Below, piece by piece: positions 39,371-51,609 of a DNA stretch of 64,000 nt. A program made the position numbers and the translations under genes. This DNA is from Octopus sinensis (taxonomy: Eukaryota), in contig NC_043003.1 in NCBI RefSeq assembly GCF_006345805.1, positions 60,946,001 through 61,010,000 of the forward strand, read 5' to 3'. Positions within the stretch are counted from its first letter, which is position 1. Each line of letters opens with the position of its first letter. The notes beneath the pieces were generated by a model, which did not search any database, was not told where the DNA came from, and saw nothing but the letters and a program-made list of their open reading frames with translations.

Positions 39371-40307
39371 CTCCAGCTCAAAAAATTCTGATATTGCGGG
39401 GGTAGGGTGGGGGTAAAACTAGCATATGCTGTCGGGTCCCTCTGCTGATATTAGGGGTTGCATTCTATATCTTGAACCGAGAAAGGGACGGGGCTCGCCT
39501 CTTCGAGCTGGGAAATGAATGGAATGCCTGGTGAGTGTCTTGTTGTGTGCCTACCTCCTCCTAAAAAAAATGGGGAATAGGTCCGAGTATATGTACGCAT
39601 GTATGGCAATGCTACATTTTAGTGATCAATCCAGAAGATGTCGAAACATATATGGCTTTGATTCCCAAACTTGCTGGAAAATTTTTTGAAACAGAATTGT
39701 TAAAGGCGCAGTCAAGACAGTATGGCGAGAACTTACGCTTTGCGACCACGAGGTTTTGGGCTTGGTTATACTGCGCGGCATCTTAGGCAGTTGTCTTCTA
39801 CTTTAGCCCCAGACCATCCAGTGACTTACTCTTTTACACGTTTCAGTCATTTGACTGCGGCCATACTGGATCACCAACTTTAGTTGCAGAAATCGACCCC
39901 AGGAACTATTGTTCGCAAGCCTAGTACTTATTTTATCGCTATTTTTTGCCGAACCGCTAAGTTTCGGAGACATAAACACACCAGCATTGGTTGTCAAGCG
40001 ATGCTGTTTGTCACCCGCCACCGCTTGCCAACCGGTGTTGGTGTAGTTATGTTCACATAACTTAGTGGTTCGGTAAAATGATCAATAGAATAAGTAACAG
40101 ATTTTACAAAAAGAAATTATAGGTACGGTGGTCGATTCGTTAAACCAAAACTTTTCAAAGTTGCGCCCCACCATGGCTGCAGTCTAATGGACTGAAACAA
40201 GTAAAAAATAAAAGACATATCTTGTACTGCATTAATATCAAATAAACAGATACCATCAATAAACAGATACCAAGTTACATGATAGATTCCTCTTAATTCA
40301 AATTTTA

Positions 40308-41114
40308 CCTTACTGAATCGAATAAGCTTTTATGAAAACAGCTACAGATAATGTCTACCTGCTATAACTGTTCTCAACTGATACATTAACTTGGCATTAG
40401 TATGCTCCCAAACATTTACATTTGCTATGAACAGTGGTTACATTTTTGGTCCATATTACTGGTCACTCATAACAGGGCAGCAAGCAGCAATCATCAACAA
40501 GACGGTCTTAGGCAGTGACTTGGTATGTTGGAAGTTATTAGATGAAAAGGAATAAAAAAAAATTCCTATGTAAACCCTTACTGAATCGAATAAGCTTTTA
40601 TGTAAACAGTACAGATAATGTCTACCTGCTAAACTGTTCTCAACTGATACATTAACTTGGCATTAGTATGCTCCCAAACATTTACATTTGCTATGAACAG
40701 TGGTTACATTTTTGGTCCATATTACTGGTCACTCATAACAGGGCAGCAAGCAGCAATCATCAACAAGACAGGTCTTAGGCAGTGACTTGGTATGTTGGAA
40801 GTTATTAGATGAAAAGGAATAAAAAAAAAATTCCTATGTAAACCCTTACTGAATCGAATAAGCTTTTATGTAAACAGCTACAGATAATGTCTACCTGCTA
40901 TAACTGTTCTCAACTGATACATTAACTTGGCATTAGTATGCTCCCAAACATTTACATTTGCTATGAACAGTGGTTACATTTTTGGTCCATATTACTGGTC
41001 ACTCATAACAGGGCAGCAAGCAGCAATCATCAACAAGACAGGTCTTAGGCAGTGACTTGGTATGTTGGAAGTTATTAGATGAAAAGGAATAAAAAAAAAT
41101 TCCTATGTAAACCC
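40308..41114. repeat. Three tandem copies of a 268-bp unit
   Basis: CCTTACTGAATCGAATAAGC starts at 40308, 40576 and 40844; copies differ mostly by single-base indels. Confidence 0.93.
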
Positions 41115-41454
41115 GCCCTAGAAAATATGAAACAATCAACGGATGATTTTTAAAAATTTATGATCAGTTAATTAGCGAACAAGAAAGGAAGGAAGAAAAA
41201 ACGAAGGAATAAATGATGAGTGAGTTTTGTATGATCGTAATTTGCTAAAACTACTCTTACGTGCGACATATATGTTTATTCAAATATTTCTAACAGAAAT
41301 TCTTTTATAACTACAACTACTAACCCTACACCTGAGTTGCAAGATTTCTATTTTGTGAATCAATTGCGGTTTATACCACTATGTGTGTGTGTAATTGTAT
41401 AAACCGCCATTGGTTTATAGAATGGTCATATATATACTCTTTACTCTCTCTCTC

Positions 41455-41638
41455 TCTTTTACTTGTTCCAGTCATTTGACTGTGGCCATACTGGAGCACC
41501 GCCTTTTGTCGAGCAAATTGATCCCAGAACTTATTCTTCGTAACCCCAGTACTTATTCTATCGGTCTCTTTTGCCGAACTGCTAAGTTACGGGGACGTAA
41601 ACACACCAGCATCGGTTGTCAAGCGACGTTGGGGAGGA

Positions 41639-41691
<53 letters not shown>

Positions 41692-42373
41692 ACACACATA
41701 TATATAAATACATATATACGACGGGCTTCTTTCAGTTTCCGTCTACCAAATCCAGATAATGAAAAACATCAATATGTCAGACTGACAAACAAACGAGGAG
41801 AGCATGAGGTGGTCGTGAGATGTACTAGAAGTAACTATTAAATAAGCCTTAAATCACGCACCAAAATTGTAATTGTGGGAGTGTTTTGCATAATCGTATG
41901 AATTCATAAAAAATGTTTGAAATTTCGTAAAAATTGTTTCAAAATTTCAAAAATTAATAAGAGTTATGAAGGGTTATATGGCGTGGGTGAAGCGGAATTC
42001 CGTCCAACAGGAAATCTCGCCGCCATAACCGACGGAGTTCCAGTTACATTAGTCAAATAGGGAATAAAACCATTTCACCTCTAGCAGACAAATAGTTGTT
42101 AACGCTGTTGAGCCTTACGCACTTCAGACGGGGTAGATCAATACTGTAACCATCTCTCACTCTATTTTGGTTTTATTTCGCTCTTCATTTGCGTCATTTA
42201 ATGTCTTCTTACCTACAGGAGTGGCTGTGTGGTAAGCAGCTTGCTTACGAACCACGTGGTTCCGGGTTCAGTCCCACTGCGTGGCACCTTGGGCAAGTGT
42301 CTTCTACTATAGCCTCGGGCGACCAAAGCTTTGTGAGTGAATTTAGTAGACGGAAACTGAAAGAAGCCTGACG

Positions 42374-42430
<57 letters not shown>

Positions 42431-42590
42431 ATGCGTGTGTTTATGTATATGTTTGTGTGTCTGTGTTTGTCCCTCCCAACATCGCCTGACAACCGATGCC
42501 GGTGTGTTTACGTCCTCGTCACCTAGCGGTTCGGCAAGAGAGTCGGATAGAATAAGTACTAGGCTTACAAAGAATAAAAGAACATAGTTT
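41455..42590. mobile_element. Two family B SINEs (minus about 41455-41755; plus about 42215-42590) with internal microsatellites
   Basis: tRNA-like head with B-box GGGTTCAGTCCC, internal (TA)/(TG) tract and conserved body. Confidence 0.85.
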
Positions 42591-43215
42591 GAACGAGATT
42601 CGACAGTTAATTCTAGCTGTACGATCCTCTAAAGGCTCTCGTCTAGGCCCATATGGGAAAATTTATAAACATATGACACACGAGATTTCCAAATTATTGA
42701 TCGACTCTGAACCATCACAAGTAATCCAAAAACACTCAAAGGAAAACTGACACGCTAATTAGACAAACTTCATCGTCGAAAAAAAAATAATATCCGTTAT
42801 TTTGATGGCTTCTACTCAAACATTTTATTCCAACGCACACTAATTCAATACCTAGCTATTAATTTTAAACATGAAATCCTTTCTAAAAATTGTTGCATTG
42901 AATTCGAATTTTCTGTTAATTAACATTGGGAAAATAATCGTTAAAACATGCATGTTTTCATTTATGGAGAAAACATCACACCTGTACAAAAACCTATAAT
43001 TTTAAATTTAGACTTAAATAGTTATGTCAAAATCGTGCTTTAATTCACAGCGCGAATAGCGTTGTCAACGAAAGACCCTCTGCAACAACTTGGGAGTATC
43101 TATGAGCCAACAAGTGAGATTCTACCCAATCACCTGACCAGCTAGAAATAGCAACCACATTCCTTCAAATCACATCCTATTGTGTACTCGTTGTAAATCG
43201 TAGTCCTTGATACAC

Positions 43216-43290
43216 ACACAAAAAAGACAGCGGGGTCGGGGTTCATTTTTGGAGTCACTTTGATAGTATGTCTATTCAGACAGAGTTTAC
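43216..43290 (-). CDS. Candidate upstream exon of the same gene (start of PDZ)
   Basis: Acceptor ttttaattccag; (G)KLCLNRHTIKVTPKMNPDPAVFFV resembles RIM GRILLNKR. The only phase-compatible donor (GTGTAT) is poor, so this is unproven. Confidence 0.3.
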
Positions 43291-43358
43291 CTGGAATTAA
43301 AACTACTAACAACTCAATAATCAAGAACTTCACTTTAATTACATTATTTAGATTATAT

Positions 43359-43648
43359 ACATTTGATGATATTTGTCCTCATCTTGTTTGTTGTTAACAC
43401 AAAGTTTCGGCTGATATACCCTCCAGCGGAAATTTCGAACCTGGGTTCTCATTCCTAAGGTATTTTCCGATGTTGTTATTGTCATTATTATCATTATTAT
43501 TATTATTATTATTATTATCATTATTATTATTATTATTATTCAGATCCCTGCCTGGAATCGAACTCGGAATCTTGGAGTTAATAGCCCGCGCTCTTAACCA
43601 ATACGGGCATACTAACCCCAAGATTCCGACTTCGATTCCAGGCAATGA

Positions 43649-43731
<83 letters not shown>

Positions 43732-43862
43732 TCGGAAAATACCATAGGAATGAGAACCCAGGTTCGAAATTTCCCCAAGACACCTGATGAAGGCTGGAGG
43801 GTATATCAGCCGAATTTTTGTGTTAACAACAAACAAAATGAGGACAAATATCCGTCAAATGT
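43359..43862. mobile_element. Head-to-head fold-back of a tRNA-headed, (AAT)n-spaced element with a hammerhead-like Penelope-type tail
   Basis: Minus copy about 43359-43603 and plus copy about 43602-43862. Partial tRNA head TGGTTAAGAGCGCGGG..GAGTTCGATTCC; tail GACAC-CTGATGA-A-GGCTG/CAGCC-GAA..GTGTT. Confidence 0.8.
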
Positions 43863-44305
43863 AAGTAATGTACATAATACCTCATCTCTTAAATATAGAG
43901 CTGTATTCACTGTAATTGTTTGTTTTTAGGCTTCTCTGCAATTCACCAGTTTTCGAAACATATTACATTCATTCTTTACAAATTGTGTACATCGTTTTCT
44001 ATAGAAGAGTCTATATTTGTTTGGCTGTTTTATTTTCATGACTTATAGAAAAGAACAGATCTTGTATGGTAGCAATTGATCGCCATCAAGACGGTTTTTA
44101 AGATTTCTGCTTCAATGAAAACATTTCCCCGATTATCTGTCGGCGATCCTACTTCATAACTATTCCACTTCTATATATTTCCTTAGACATATATACACAC
44201 ACTTAACGTTTTCGATTAAGCATAGTGATACTAATAAATAGTTGTTATGACTCGTCATACATATGCTTCAGAATATAACGTTAGTTGCGTACCGAGCGTA
44301 ATAGA

Positions 44306-44874
44306 CTTTTCTACTCAAAGCACAAGGCCCGAAATTTGGGGGGAGGGGGGTCAGTCAATTAGACCGACCCCAGTACGCAACTGGTACTTAATTTGTCGAC
44401 CCCAAAATGACGAAAGGCAAAGTCGACATCGGTGGAATTTGAACTCAGGTGAAATACCTATTTCTTTACGACCCACAAGAGGCTAAACAAAGAGGGGACA
44501 AACAAAGACAGACAAACGGATTAAGTCGATTATATCGACCCCTGTGCGTAACTGGTACTTAATCTATCGACCCCGAAATGACGAAAGGCAAAGTCAACCT
44601 CGGCGGAATTTGAACTCAGAACGTAGAGACAGACGAAATACCTATTTCTTTACTACCCACAAGGAGCTAAACACAGAGGGGACAAACAAGGACAGACAAA
44701 TGGATTAATTCGATTACATCGACCCCAGTGCGTGTCTAGTACTTAATTATCGACCCCGAAAGGATGAAAGGCAAAGTCGACCTCGGTGGAATTTGAACTC
44801 AGAACATAACGGCAGACGAAATACGGCTGCGCATTTCGCCCGGCGTGCTAACGTTTCTGCCAGCACGCCGCCTT
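44306..44874 (-). mobile_element. Family A SINE tandem array
   Basis: Junctions at 44458/44459 and 44642/44643 (184-bp spacing), one head at the right end. Confidence 0.85.
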
Positions 44875-45098
44875 GTACAAGCATGATATTAGTTATTGAA
44901 TGAGAAGAAACAGGAATCAAGAAATGAATTTCTTTAGCTTACCGCTGTTTCAGTTATTAGAAGGAGTGGACTCCGATATGATAAGTCCTTGTAAATCATC
45001 TTATAATAGAAACAGCTGCAAGTTAATAAAATTGAATGTTGTTCTCATTCAATAATTATGTATGTGTGTGTTTGTGTGTGACTATGTGCGTAAAATGT

Positions 45099-45424
45099 GA
45101 AGGCGCGTAGCATAGTGGTTAGTACATTCAGTTAATGATCGTAAGGTTGTGAGTTCGATTCCCGGCGAAGCGTTGCGTCCTTGAGCAAGACACTTTATTT
45201 CACGTTGCTCCATTCCACTCAGCTGGCAAAAATAAGTAGTACCTGTATTTCAAAATAGGGCCAGCCTTGTCACACTCTGTGTCACGCTGAATCTCCTTGC
45301 GAATTACGTTAAGGGTACACATGTCTGTGGAATGCTCAGCCACTTGCACGTTAATTTCACGAGCAAGCTGTTCCGTTGATCGTACCAGATGGGACCCTCG
45401 TCGTTGTAACCGACGGAGTGCTCC
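45099..45424 (+). mobile_element. SINE family C (tRNA head plus conserved central domain)
   Basis: GGCGCGTAGCATAGTGGTTAG A-box and GAGTTCGATTCC B-box, then TCCTTGAGCAAGACACTTTA..CCACTCAGCTGG. Confidence 0.75.
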
Positions 45425-45654
45425 TTATGTGCGTAAAATATTTGTTTTTATGTTACAATATACATATAAAAACAATTAAACATTAAACTGAGGGATTTCT
45501 TTTAGCAGGATACGTAATAATCAATTTTTACAGTGACGTCGAAGTTTCAGCTTGCTTGCCGTCATTAAACTGGAAATTTCGAAGCGATTGTCCACCCTTT
45601 CGTTGTAAGAATTAATGCGCGTGTGATGTGTTGATTAATGTGTGCGTATGAAAA

Positions 45655-45870
45655 GCGTTGAAGAGTTCCTTGTTTTAAGGGTATCGCGAAAGGCCTGGTT
45701 GGAAGCCCAACCTTCCGAGTTCTTTTACATGGCTTACAAAACCTGAAGGACTGTTGCAATAAGTGTGTGAATGTGGGAGGGGAATAAGTTGCAGAAAATC
45801 ATAATTAACTGATCCTCCTGTATTTTTTTTTTTTACCCAAGCCAAGAACTTTTCAGCACTCCTTCGTATA
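45655..45870 (+). mobile_element. Mariner 3' relic
   Basis: KAWLEAQPSEFF/GLQNLKDCCNKCVNVGGE resembles a mariner transposase C-terminus; TIR-like GCCAAGAACTTTTCAGCACTCCTTCGTA. Confidence 0.7.
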
Positions 45871-47032
45871 TGTTCAACCACTGTGGAGAACGAAAAGTCT
45901 AATGTTTCCAGCTCTTACCCTTTGTGTGAGAGAGAATGAAGAAGGGAGAGAAAATGATGTGGCTTCAGTAGCAGGCTTCTAAATGAAAAGACTGAGGTGA
46001 AACGGTGATGCTTGGAACAAAATATATTGTGCTAATAGAGCATGTGGAGATGTCAAAGCGAGCAGCAAATTCATTCTACCAGTCAAGAAGAGATTCAATC
46101 AATCCGAATTGAAATGAGCTTTCTATTTGTTTTCGACGACCCATTTCCGCACACAAACTTGGACAATTGTCTCGTACACCAAAATTTCGGTTGATCTAAG
46201 ATACTGTGTGATAGAATTGAAAAAGAGACCAGATGACGTGAACTAAGTTCTACTTACAATGCATGGATCACTCCGAGTCTCTAGTATAAAGCACTTGTTC
46301 AAGACATCTTGTGATGGAACCGAACAAGTGACTTCATGATGTGCAGCAAACGATCATGCCAGAATACATGCTAACAAATAAATGAAGATGATCTAGCATC
46401 AGGCACATTTATTGATTCCATGAATGATAGTAATTCGTTTCACTTAGGGCCAATAACTTGGTATCTCTCGATTGTTGACAGACGGTAGTATATACTTTCA
46501 ACAACAAAAACAGAAGCAATCGATACCTTCTCCGTTTCTACTATTACCTCTAACAATCAGAAAGACAGAATTCTGTTACTGGCTGCCATCTATCTGTTCT
46601 CAATGTTTAAATTATTTGCTTTTTATTTGTGTTATATTATATTATATTATATTATATTTTGACTTGTGTAGCACACACACCTTTTACTGTGTGCACCACG
46701 CAACAGTAATTCCAACAAAGAAAATCTATTCCGTATTATTTCTATTCAATGCATACACATGGACTTTGCTGAAAACTTCCACAAGCTATCTACAATTGAA
46801 GTTTACAACATTATTAGTGGAAAATACAATGGATTCCATTGATTTTTTTTTCATTGCAAGTACTGCACTGATTTTTTTTTTTTATGAAAAATGAAAAATT
46901 GGTGAAGTTGAAATGCACAATGTCTGTCACTAGAGAATATCTTTCGTGACAAAATACCCAAGAGAATCAAATGCAAATCAAAACAAGGATGCCGCTCTAA
47001 CGACGAATTCATAGGCGCACGCATGCGCACAA

Positions 47033-47064
<32 letters not shown>

Positions 47065-47751
47065 GCACACATACACAGAGGTACGCACAAACACATACAG
47101 AGGTATGTATGTGTGCATATATCTGTCTCTGTCTCTCTCTCTATATATATATATGTGTGTGTGTGTTTATATCTAACATATACATATGAGAGTTATATAC
47201 ATATATATATACAAATGTATATAATTATTATTATTATTTCAAAAAATTCGTATAGGTCAACTTTGCCTTTCATCCTTCGGGTCGATAAAATGGCTACCAC
47301 TTGTGTACTGAGGTCGATGTAATCAAAAGGTCCCCTTCCTCGAACTTGCCAAATTGTATAGACATATATACACGTATCTGAGTACATACATATACAAGTG
47401 AGCTTGAACGTTGAAACTTAGTGCACACGCACTGCATAATTCAAGGTCAATTTGTGCCAAGAGCTTCACTCTGTGTGCTTTAGCTTCGTTCTGTGGCAAC
47501 AGTCCGGCTACTTATTGATATATAGGCACACGGTCACTCACACACAGACATATATATGTATTTGCGTATACATACATACATACATACATACATACATACA
47601 TACATACATACATAAAAACATACATACATACATGCCCAAATCTGATCTCCGTGACGTCTGAGTTCAGACCACAGTCCGGAAACTAATAACGCAAACAATT
47701 ATTGACTATGCTTTAAAAGAACTCTGCATATTCGTCAAATACAGACACTCA

Positions 47752-47830
<79 letters not shown>

Positions 47831-48722
47831 TGTGTGGTTTGTGTGTGAGAGAGAGACGTAGAGGTTAGCAGCGGGACTGGGCGATAGACATGTATATATT
47901 TGCAAATGTGTTACTATCTCCGTGAGTAGTTGTAGGAATTTATTTGTATTTCTATGTGTATGTATTATGTGTGTTTAACAATATACGTTGCTTCTCGAAA
48001 TCCACTTTCCAGCATGCTCAAAATTTACTGAAAGCTTTTATCAATTAATTTCTAACATTATAAACATTACTGGAATAATTTAAACATGAAATATGCAAGA
48101 CCGATGTTCTCAGTAGACTCTAATTAGATTACACACGGGAAATTAATTGCCAACATTTTAATTATTGTCATTCACTTAGAACGGGATAAGTCGAATGTAA
48201 TATATGTTGGCATCCGTTTTAATCTCCGTCTTGTCGAGGGTCAACTGGGTTTCAAATCCGTAGGGATTAGGCCTTAGGGACAATAGATAAGCCCGTTGAA
48301 ATTTATTTTACAATAAATGTCACACATTCCATTCTAGTAACACGAAACGTTCATTGCTAATATGCAAATAGCATCTGAACACGAATCGCGAAAATACCAA
48401 CTGGGATGAAGTAAAAATAACAAGCATATAAAATCAATAACTTGATAATGCTTGTAAAACCGGGATACATGATACAGGAGAAGATTCGGGGCTACAATAA
48501 AAGATACTTTCCGAAGGTACTAAGCAGTTGAGGTGAACTCGAAATTATGTGATTGCATAACGTACTTCTTAATCACGCAACGAACCTTGCACCTGCTTTG
48601 GTTGTCTTTCTTTGAAGGAAAATATGACATCAACTTACTCTATTTCAAGCCGCAAACTTTCAGACAAACATATACGTATATTCTCATGCACACACGCATA
48701 TATATATATATATATATATATA

Positions 48723-49022
48723 CTAGCAGCATCGCCCGGCGTTGCTCGGGTTTGTAAGGGAAATAATTATATAAGCCTTTTTGGAGAGTTACTTCCCTTA
48801 TATAACCCGAGCAAAAATCATTAAAAATGCGGAAAAATGATAGTAAATTTTTTTTTAATCGTAGACTCATCGTAGACGCGCGCTAATACCCAGAAGGGCT
48901 CGATATGAATGACGACTATAAGATACCCGCTTTTGGTTAAACTGCACCGCAAAATGTGGGAGTAGTTAGGAATCTAAATCGGAGGAGTCTCACACACACA
49001 ACTTCAATTTTATATATAAAGA
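48723..49022 (-). mobile_element. Non-autonomous Helitron (300 bp)
   Basis: Minus strand starts TC, ends CTAG, lies between host A and T with no TSD, and has a GC hairpin CCCGAGCAACGCCGGG about 8 nt before CTAG. Confidence 0.82.
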
Positions 49023-49535
49023 TATGGTGTATTTAAGTAACTTTCCCTTTATTTAAGCATTCCTCGCCGCCCCTTTCTTGATTTAAGCGTCATATTCACT
49101 TCCCACGGACTTGGGCCATTGGTTCCTTTCCCCTTCTATCACAACTTTTGCTTCCTTCGAACCTCTGTTTACTGATTTATTTCGTGCTCCTTTCTTTCTA
49201 TACGCACTCCAATTCAATGTATGCGACTCGAATGCATGCACCTGCCCCTCCTAAGACTTTAGCTGAACCCATTAAAGTACCACAAGGCCCTCCAAGTTAG
49301 GTCTACCACATAAGAAGAGAAAATCCTTTCCGCACACATTTCCATCCACAATATTCAATTACAGTTCACCTGTGCGAATTTTCACTCACATGTCCTTGAT
49401 AGAGGACATATGCCCAAGGAGCAGCGCTGTGGGTTTGAACCAGCTTGTAGGACGTTTGGCTTATTACCATGATTGCCAAGTATTTCATACTAGGTTGTAA
49501 TAAGAGCTAATAATTTTTGTTAATGATCATAATTG

Positions 49536-49609
<74 letters not shown>

Positions 49610-49613
49610 CAGT

Positions 49614-49680
<67 letters not shown>

Positions 49681-50290
49681 TTTCAAAGGCAGCGAACTAG
49701 CAGAATCGTTAGCATGCTGGGCTCTGTTTCATTTAAATACTTCCTCTTTCAATCATGATAAGCAAAAGTAATTTTTTATGTGAATGTTTTCGCAGGATAA
49801 GCCGTGAAGGTATGAGAGAGTACTACTGTTGGTATAACTAAAACAGTTTTTGTTGTTGATACTATTACTGAGTGAGGCATTAAATTTACTAATGCTGCCT
49901 TAAAGGTCACTATTATTTTTTTACAATGTCTGCATTAGTGACAATTGCTTGCATTTGTGCATTTCTTTTTTCATAGAAACAGTTTGCCTTTTCCTTTGAG
50001 GGGGCAATTCCTACATGTTTTGCTCTGTTGCTAACGTATAATAAGGATACAACACGAATCAAAAATTTTCTAATAAAGTGTCTTTTATTTCCAGAGGTTC
50101 AAAGAAATAATTAAATGCCAGTGTTTACAATGGTAGTCAAATTCAATTTGAAAACATCCACATTTAAATCACACTTAACATTCCAGAACTTCTGAACCAA
50201 AGTAAAACACGTTTGACACGTACAGAATTAAATAATAATAATAATAATAAGGATAACAACAACAACAACAACAACAACAATAGTAATAAC

Positions 50291-50349
<59 letters not shown>

Positions 50350-50871
50350 GCATGTCCCTTAGTGGCTGACGATATGTGCATCTCTGTTCACGAGCAGAAG
50401 TAGTGGGGGAGCATCATAGCCACGTGTTGAGAGGGATTCTTTGGGGTTTGAATAATTCACCTATGGAAACATGGGTGGTTCTTTCAACATCCTTAAATAA
50501 CCCTTATTCAGGGACCTTTTGAGCGGGATGGGCTACTCAGCCTGAAGAAAATTCTAACTGGGCCCCCTCCTGCAAGGTCATGTGCTGTTTATCTTGATAT
50601 GAGATCACCATGTCGCGCACATATGGTTGTGATGCATGTGCCTGGTGTACCCTTATCAGACGGGTAGTCATGATGGGTATATTGGGCTTCGTATATTTTA
50701 CCCCAGTGTCACTTTGATGGCATGAACTGCTCTCTCACTCAATAATAATAATAATAATAATTGTGATGCATGTGCCTTGTGTACCCTTAGGCAGGTAGTC
50801 ATGATGGGTATACTAGGCTTCGTATATTTTACCCCAGTGTCACTTTGATGGTATACACTGCTCTCTCATTC
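50350..50871 (+). mobile_element. Two 5'-truncated copies of an (AAT)n-associated retroelement 3' end; third fragment at 51474-51608
   Basis: Copies 50350-50740 and 50761-50871 share the right end CTCTCTCAYTC|AAT, differ at the left end, and each is bounded by (AAT)n. Confidence 0.7.
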
Positions 50872-51609
50872 AATGATAATATAAGTAATAATAATAATAA
50901 TAATGATTATTATTATTATCATTCTTTTATTTGTTTCAGTCATTTGACTGCTGCCATGCTGAAGTTCCATCTTTAGTCGAACAAATCGACCCCAGGACTT
51001 ATTCCTTATAAGCCTAGTGCTTATTCTATGGGTCTCTTTTGCCGAACTGCTAACTTACGTAGACGTAACCACACCAACATTGGTTGTCAGGTAATGGTGG
51101 CTGGGATGGGGGACAAACACAGACACACACGCAAATATATATATATATATATACAAACAACGGGCTTCTTTCAGTTTCCATCTACCAAATCCACTCACAA
51201 GGCTTTGGTTGGCTCGAGGCTGTTGTAGAAAGACACTTGCTCAAGATGTCACGCAGTGGAAATGAACCCGGAACCATATGCTTGGGAAACAAACTTCTTA
51301 CCACATAGACATTCCTGCACCTGTTACCATCATCATCATCATCATCATCATTATAATTGTTGCTGTTCATTTTAATGTAGCGAGCTGGCAGAATGGATAG
51401 AACGCGGATCAAATGCTTAACAACATTTCGTCCGTCTCTAAGTTCCGATTTCAAATTTCACCTGGTCGACTTTCCCTTATTCAGGAACCTTTTGAATGCG
51501 TTGGACTACTCTACTCGAGTTGAAGAAAATTCTATCTAAGCTCCACCTGTTTATCTGGATACAAGGTCTCCACGTTGCACACATATGGTTGTGGTGCACG
51601 TGTCTGGTA

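Noticed and set aside
43540-43650. Functional tRNA gene
   Set aside because: The 5' acceptor strand and most of the D-arm are absent and there is no oligo-T terminator; it is a SINE-type head remnant.
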